Below, in pieces: positions 51,430-56,389 of a DNA stretch of 56,389 bases. The stretch's first letter is position 1, and the number at the start of each line of letters is the position of its first letter. Below the pieces are notes generated by a model. That model saw only the letters and a list, made by a program, of their open reading frames with translations. It searched no databases and was not told where the DNA came from. The translations under genes were made by a program, and so were the position numbers. This DNA is from Clostridiales bacterium (GTDB lineage Bacteria; Bacillota; Clostridia; Lachnospirales; Lachnospiraceae): contig JAQXLK010000156.1 in assembly GCA_029012085.1 (NCBI GenBank), positions 1-56,389 of the forward strand. The letters run 5' to 3'.

Positions 51430-53253
51430 TTAATTCATACCACTAAAAGAACACAAGTCCCGTAAATTACTTTCCACTTCTGGATACTTTTGACTGCACA
51501 ATTCTATTAGTTCTAATATCCTTATATTGGCTTGTATATTAAAAGAATTAGCTAGGCTATCTTTAAATCTGTTTGTACTTTCCCCTGATGATGTAAATGA
51601 AATCTTTCCTCCATCTTCCGGATTTCTCTCGTTTTTATCATGCTCACATAAAGCAAGTATTCCTTTTGTACTAAACGATTTATGGGCTATATTCTTGCAT
51701 ACTTTTTTTTCGTTTATTTTTTTCAATTGCATTCTCGGTAAAACTAAATTAATCAAATAACAAATCAATTCCGGATACATAAAATCTTCAATCTCATTAT
51801 TGGTTGAATTTCCACTCAAAGCAACATTCGAATTTCCAATAAAATTCTGTATCAATTGACACTGTACAATTATTGCATGATAATTTTTCTTCTTTGCTTC
51901 AATCCTCGCAAAAACCTCCCTACCTTTTGCATCATTATCCAAAACAATCTTAATATTAGGTTTCACATCCACATTAAGTGAAAAATAGTATGCATTATAA
52001 AAATCCAGATATTTTATTGCATTATCAGCACCTTCTATAGAAATAATATTCGGAAATTCAATACTAAAATATTTACACAACTCCTCAATATATTTCTTAT
52101 CACACTTCCCCTCAACCAAAATATTATTTTTTTCTAAAGGTTCTTGCACAACTTCTTCAATTCCCAAGTGATCACATATTTTTTTATACCCACTTTCATC
52201 TTTTATATTTTCTAAAACTGTTTCAACAACATTTACATCTCTCTTTTTTCTTGCAGAATACTGAACATAATTCTTAGCCGAAAGCAAAAAAACATTTTTC
52301 ATACTATATGGATTAATAAAAATCTTTGAATGTGTTGTTAAAAAAAGTTGCATTCCTATAGATTTCTCATCAAAAAATCTTTTAAGTTTCTTTTGTAATC
52401 CTTCGTGTAAATACACATCTGGTTCATCGATACAAACTATAATTTGCTTCCTATTATGTAATCTAGATAGCATTTCAAATTGAAGTAAAATTGTTGCAAG
52501 TCTTTGTAAGCCAGCCCCCTTGTCTTCTACTCCAACACTGCCACAATCATCCAACTGAAGCTTAATATCATCAGAAATTAATTGTCTAAATGTATCTGAA
52601 TTTTTTGGAATATCAAATTTAACGCTCCAGTCCTCTCTAAAACTCTTAAATGTTTCAGAAATATCCCCAGCAAATGCACTCATTATATCATTAAGTCCAT
52701 CTATATATGCATCGTATGACTCCTTAAGCTTTCTTTTTGTTTCAGAAAAGCGAGCCTTATCATATTGAACATCAATCACTTCTGCTGTTAATTTTTCTAC
52801 CAATTCCGGCATCAACACATTAATAGATTCTATGTATGCAAATTCAATTTTCCCTAAAAACTGTTCAATCTCTGTTTCCAATAAATTCATTTTATTTACT
52901 TTTCTTTTATTTTCTTGAACATATTGAAACCCAGTTAATCCACTATCTACTTCTGTATATTTAGAAAAATTTCTCGTTATACAATAAAATTTTTCTGACT
53001 TATCGTCATAAAATGTTATTGTTAATTTAGGATGAATTGCCGAACCTCCTGTAGCATTTTTAATTCTTGGCATATCTATTTCCCTATCATATTGTTCTGG
53101 GTTAAAAAATATATTTAGTGCTCGAAGTGTGTTAGTTTTACCAACATTATTTTGTCCGCACAAAGCAATTATATTATTATCTAAACTCACTTCATAGTTC
53201 ATTTTTATAATAGACCTAAATCTTTCGATTATCATTTCCTTAATTCGTATCAT
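51430..53253 (-). CDS. OLD-family nuclease-like protein: ABC-type ATPase fused to a C-terminal TOPRIM-like domain
   Basis: Walker A is LCGQNNVGKTNTLRAL. Walker B and the D-loop are IIVCIDEPDVYLHEGL, followed by LTTHS. The C-terminus NILVEGKCDKKYIEEL...KIVLDNDAKGREVF fits TOPRIM (E...DxD). The start is uncertain: ATG at 53253 is preferred, with GTG at 53295 and ATG at 53235 as alternatives. Confidence 0.8.
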   Translation of the reverse strand: MIRIKEMIIERFRSIIKMNYEVSLDNNIIALCGQNNVGKTNTLRALNIFFNPEQYDREIDMPRIKNATGGSAIHPKLTITFYDDKSEKFYCITRNFSKYTEVDSGLTGFQYVQENKRKVNKMNLLETEIEQFLGKIEFAYIESINVLMPELVEKLTAEVIDVQYDKARFSETKRKLKESYDAYIDGLNDIMSAFAGDISETFKSFREDWSVKFDIPKNSDTFRQLISDDIKLQLDDCGSVGVEDKGAGLQRLATILLQFEMLSRLHNRKQIIVCIDEPDVYLHEGLQKKLKRFFDEKSIGMQLFLTTHSKIFINPYSMKNVFLLSAKNYVQYSARKKRDVNVVETVLENIKDESGYKKICDHLGIEEVVQEPLEKNNILVEGKCDKKYIEELCKYFSIEFPNIISIEGADNAIKYLDFYNAYYFSLNVDVKPNIKIVLDNDAKGREVFARIEAKKKNYHAIIVQCQLIQNFIGNSNVALSGNSTNNEIEDFMYPELICYLINLVLPRMQLKKINEKKVCKNIAHKSFSTKGILALCEHDKNERNPEDGGKISFTSSGESTNRFKDSLANSFNIQANIRILELIELCSQKYPEVESNLRDLCSFSGMN

Positions 53254-53373
53254 CTGTATGCTCACACTTCCTAAATCATTTAATTTTCTATACACCTAGT
53301 CTTCTCAATTTTTATAAACCGCAAAAAATCATTCTTTTTATTCTTATAGCAATTCCTATGCAGTACAACCAAA

Positions 53374-54321
53374 CTAGGCACAGAATTCAGTTCTTATTGC
53401 TTCCTCAAGCATTCCTGCTTTTGCAAGATTATAATTCATTAAATACTTGATACCGTCAAGTCCGACTTTCAATTGATTAGTAGTTCCCTTCCAACACTTT
53501 CCATCGGTAAGTAAACAAAATGAAATTCCCACGTCAGACAATGCGCCTTGTCTTTGAATATATGAATTAATTATTTCTTCCGGCTTTGATCCTCCATCAT
53601 TAAAAAAATTAACTTCTATATTCATACATTTAGATTTATCCTCACTTAATAATATAAAATCAGCTTTTCTGTTTGCAATCACATCATTTACTGCAATTCC
53701 ATACACCTTCTCTATGTATTTAAATTGCTTTTGCGTTAATACTTCAATATTATATTTTTCGCATACTTCCCTAATCAATGGCTCACATGCTAATTCAAAA
53801 GCTGAACCACCTCTATTTTTCCTTCCATTCGAATCAAGCCCAACTAACACTCCTACTATATAGTCCTGAACACTTTTTTCTAATAAATTCTGGAACAAGT
53901 CTTTCAATCCCATATCAATAAAGAATTTATAATATTTTTCAATTGCCTCTTCGTTCATAGCATCTGCCAATTTTTTTCCATTAAAATTAAAAGCATCATA
54001 ATCTTCACTATCTATCTCTATTCCTATAACTTTTAACTCTGCATCTTTTACTACTATATCTCTTTCTTTTTTTGATAACGCAAACAGAAAAGGAAACAGC
54101 TCTATTACACAAGGTAATTTCTTTAATAATTTTTTGAATTCATCATAAAAATTATCTTCTCTACAATTAATTAAAACATCTAATGCATGAATCTCTACTG
54201 AATATTTACTATATCCAGTTACATTACTCCAATCCACATAATAATTATACCCTCGATTTGTATCTAAAAGCTTTTCTTCAAATTGTACCGCCAACTGATT
54301 TTTATCCATTTCTATATACAT
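53374..54321 (-). CDS. DpnII/MboI-family type II restriction endonuclease (GATC-specific family)
   Basis: DYIVGVLVGLDSNGRKNRGGSAFE, IEVNFFNDGGSKPEE and LLTDGKCW match the conserved DpnII blocks as I recall them (DYVTGVEVGMDTNGRKNRTG, IEVNFYSGSGSK, WITDGQGW). A GGAGAAGG RBS is present, and the gene overlaps the methylase stop. Confidence 0.85.
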   Translation of the reverse strand: MYIEMDKNQLAVQFEEKLLDTNRGYNYYVDWSNVTGYSKYSVEIHALDVLINCREDNFYDEFKKLLKKLPCVIELFPFLFALSKKERDIVVKDAELKVIGIEIDSEDYDAFNFNGKKLADAMNEEAIEKYYKFFIDMGLKDLFQNLLEKSVQDYIVGVLVGLDSNGRKNRGGSAFELACEPLIREVCEKYNIEVLTQKQFKYIEKVYGIAVNDVIANRKADFILLSEDKSKCMNIEVNFFNDGGSKPEEIINSYIQRQGALSDVGISFCLLTDGKCWKGTTNQLKVGLDGIKYLMNYNLAKAGMLEEAIRTEFCA

Positions 54322-55114
54322 TCTGTACCTTCTCCAATCTTCTTTTTGTTATCTGTAAATACTTTTCGCAATTATCAATTCCAATAAAAATTCTTCCCAT
54401 CCTGTTAGCCACAATCCCTGTGGTTCCTGAACCGCAAAACGGATCCAAAATAACTTGCCCCTCCTCTGTAGATGCAAGTACAATCCTTTCCAACAAATAT
54501 TCCGGTTTCTGTGTTGGATGCTTACCCTCTGTTTTTTCCGAGGGTTTTGTTAATGTTCCTGTCCACACATCCTTCATCTGTTTTCCGCCATTCATTTCTT
54601 TCATTTTCTGATAATCAAAAAAATGCCGAGACTTCTTTTCATTCTTCTTCGCCCATAAAATGGTTTCCGTAGAATGTGTGAAGCATCGACATGCTAAGTT
54701 TGGTGGTGGATTTGTTTTCTGCCATGTAATGTTGTTGATGATCTTGAAGCCTTCCTGCTCCAATGCCATCCCAATCGAATATATATTGTGTAACGTTCCT
54801 GATATCCAAATTGTGCCGTTCGGCTTTAATACTTTTTTACATAATCTAATCCACTTTCTATTAAACCTGTGTTTTTCTTCGACGCTGCTTCCACTTTCCG
54901 AAAGCTTATCCCATGAGCCTTTATTTACTGAAACCATCTTTCCGCCCTGACAGGTAATACCGTCATTACTTAAAAAATAAGGCGGATCTGCAAATATCAT
55001 ATCCACAGATTCTAGTTGCATCTTTGTTATAATTTTAAAAGAATCACCTAATATCAATTGTGATTCTTCCGTCTCAAAATATAATGGCACTTTCTTCGTA
55101 AATAAGTTCTCCAT
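54302..55114 (-). CDS. Beta-class N6-adenine/N4-cytosine DNA methyltransferase (DpnA-like second methylase)
   Basis: Motif IV IFADPPYFLSNDG precedes motif I DPFCGSGTTG; 270 aa. Confidence 0.88.
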   Translation of the reverse strand: MENLFTKKVPLYFETEESQLILGDSFKIITKMQLESVDMIFADPPYFLSNDGITCQGGKMVSVNKGSWDKLSESGSSVEEKHRFNRKWIRLCKKVLKPNGTIWISGTLHNIYSIGMALEQEGFKIINNITWQKTNPPPNLACRCFTHSTETILWAKKNEKKSRHFFDYQKMKEMNGGKQMKDVWTGTLTKPSEKTEGKHPTQKPEYLLERIVLASTEEGQVILDPFCGSGTTGIVANRMGRIFIGIDNCEKYLQITKRRLEKVQNVYRNG

Positions 55115-55127
55115 TATCTCGACTCCT

Positions 55128-55961
55128 CTAATAATTGCATATAATTACTTCTTCACCAACTCTGTTGGATGCATCCGAATTAATCATACGCTTTACACTT
55201 ACAACATCTATCTTATAGCCTTTGTTACCATACAACTCATTTATCAACTCTGTATTGTGATTTGTGAGCATACAATAGCAACCTCTAGCGGTCAATTCAT
55301 CATAAAGCTTTGCCAATCTCTTGTGACTTTCTATGTCAAATCCCTCTTTTGTGTATGACTCAAAAGAGGTAGGATTCAATGGAGCATATGGACTGTCCAA
55401 AAATATAAAATCTCCCATCTTTGCATTCTTACAAGCCGCTTCGAAATCTCCTTCTATAATGGTTACATCTTGTAAATATTTTGAAGTAGCCATAATAGCC
55501 TCTTTATCAACAGATACCCTACGGCTATTATTATACGGAACATTGAAAAGACCTTTCCCATTTACCCGATACAAGCCATTAAAGCAGTGCTTATTAATAA
55601 ATACAAATAATGCAGCTAACTCCTCATCATATTCTGCCTTCATCAACTTATCATTATAATGCTCTCTAAGAGAATAATAATACTCCTTACCATCTTCCCA
55701 CATTTCTTCATCAAGTCTATTTACTGCTTTCAGAAATGCTTCCGGTGCATTACATATCTGCTTATATGTATTTATAAGTGCCTTGTTGATATCATTTATC
55801 AGAGCATTTGTAGGTAGCAATTCAAATATTACCGCACCGCCACCTACAAATGGCTCATAATAATTATTATACTGTTTAGGCATTCTTTCCTTTATCTGCG
55901 GAAGCAACTGACGCTTACCACCAGCCCATTTCACAAATGGAGCTACATTCGAATTACGCAT
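55128..55961 (-). CDS. Dam/DpnM-family site-specific DNA adenine-N6 methyltransferase
   Basis: The start is at the ATG at 55961 (AGAGGAA RBS). Motifs: FVKWAGGKRQLLPQI, YYEPFVGGGAV, FIFLDSPYAP (DPPY variant). Confidence 0.9.
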   Translation of the reverse strand: MRNSNVAPFVKWAGGKRQLLPQIKERMPKQYNNYYEPFVGGGAVIFELLPTNALINDINKALINTYKQICNAPEAFLKAVNRLDEEMWEDGKEYYYSLREHYNDKLMKAEYDEELAALFVFINKHCFNGLYRVNGKGLFNVPYNNSRRVSVDKEAIMATSKYLQDVTIIEGDFEAACKNAKMGDFIFLDSPYAPLNPTSFESYTKEGFDIESHKRLAKLYDELTARGCYCMLTNHNTELINELYGNKGYKIDVVSVKRMINSDASNRVGEEVIICNY

Positions 55962-56065
55962 TCTGGTTCCTCTTCTCTGTCCACAAAAGGACAATCTTGT
56001 ACCTATTCATTATACTTGCAAACATATGAAATAACAACCAAAACTTTCGCACTTTGTGAATTAAT

Positions 56066-56389
56066 TCACTTCCGAAACACAAATATGTACTCATGTGCCA
56101 GAAGAAGGAAATTATTGTTCTGCTTCTCCCAATAATCTGTCGAAAGACAATTATGCTGTTCTTTAATAATAATCTCCTTATTCACAAAACCTGCCTTCAA
56201 AAAGCATTCCATCATACGAAAACCTAACGGAATGACCTTTTGTAAATGGTATAATTCTTAAGTGAAGTATCATATTCAGAGCAAACAAAAAGAGCAGTTC
56301 TGAATAACGTGGACTGCTCTGAATGTGATTCTTCATAATTGTACCAAGGCGCGGACGTGTAGCCGGTATGTATGGGGATTGAATCCTTC
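56066..56389 (-). pseudogene. Decayed DNA methyltransferase gene fragment (frameshifted; 5' end outside window)
   Basis: One reverse frame, open from the window edge, reads ...IHTGYTSAPWYNYEES... (a degenerate TSPPYxN motif IV) and stops at about 56228. A second frame gives LQKVIPLGFRMMECFLKAGFVNKEIIIKEQHNC...LLLAHEYIFVFRK*, ending at 56066. That is a typical methylase C-terminal block (hEYilvfrK). Confidence 0.4.

Noticed and set aside
51430-53253. A Gabija (GajA-GajB) call for the OLD-like gene.
   Set aside because: No UvrD-like helicase gene is adjacent on either side, so a Gabija assignment is not supported. It is reported instead as a stand-alone OLD/PARIS-like candidate.
56330-56389. 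GGATTGAATCC-like sequence at the window edge, which resembles a tRNA T-arm.
   Set aside because: I could not fold an acceptor, D or anticodon arm on either strand, and the T-loop deviates from the canonical TTCRANY. The region is better explained as part of the decayed methylase reading frame.
1-56389. I looked for transposases, integrases, phage structural genes, rRNA/tRNA genes and CRISPR arrays.
   Set aside because: None was recognised by eye on either strand. The only signs of horizontal acquisition are the AT-rich RM/OLD block and the repeat-bounded TA cassette.

Overview
This 56.4-kb window looks like a chromosomal stretch from a motile, anaerobic, low-GC Firmicute, probably Clostridia and Lachnospiraceae-like. 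That taxon call is inferred from gene content only. I support about 50 protein-coding genes, mostly on the minus strand. I saw no rRNA, tRNA, CRISPR array, transposase, integrase or prophage.

Gene content, left to right:
- A sugar ABC ATPase (partial), cell-envelope genes, and the luxS-mtnN pair.
- A two-component system, followed by a truncated sigma-A-like protein.
- A cytoplasmic chemoreceptor whose sensor is an [FeFe]-hydrogenase-like domain, with an Fe/Mn SOD and hydF beside it.
- A C39-like peptidase and two very large repeat-rich surface proteins (1492 aa and about 872 aa).
- An XRE regulator, a SulP transporter, a PurF-like protein lacking the catalytic Cys, and a second-copy RsmH-like methyltransferase.
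- An orphan solute-binding lipoprotein coupled to a transmembrane MCP.
- A membrane-tethered MerR and an ECF sigma/anti-sigma pair.
- An AAA ATPase with two paralogous small membrane proteins, a MATE pump and an L,D-transpeptidase.
- Two convergent LytTR-DUF3021-ABC cassettes, one with a frameshifted ATPase.
- A HipA-family toxin-antitoxin cassette bracketed by 61-nt direct repeats.
- An SDR, a soluble MCP with a CZB domain, and an SGNH hydrolase.
- An AT-rich defence island: a DpnII-type GATC restriction-modification system (two methylases plus endonuclease) with an OLD-family ATPase-TOPRIM nuclease, next to a decayed methylase gene.

The candidates I consider most worth follow-up are:
- the HTH/HipS-like plus short HipT-like kinase module and its repeat-bounded cassette structure;
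- the hydrogenase-like chemoreceptor;
- the sigma-A-derived protein that lacks its DNA-binding regions;
- the 128-nt nested-hairpin leader upstream of a LytTR operon;
- the RM plus OLD island;
- the ATPase plus twin membrane protein module.

Everything here comes from reading the sequence and the ORF track. No searches were run.
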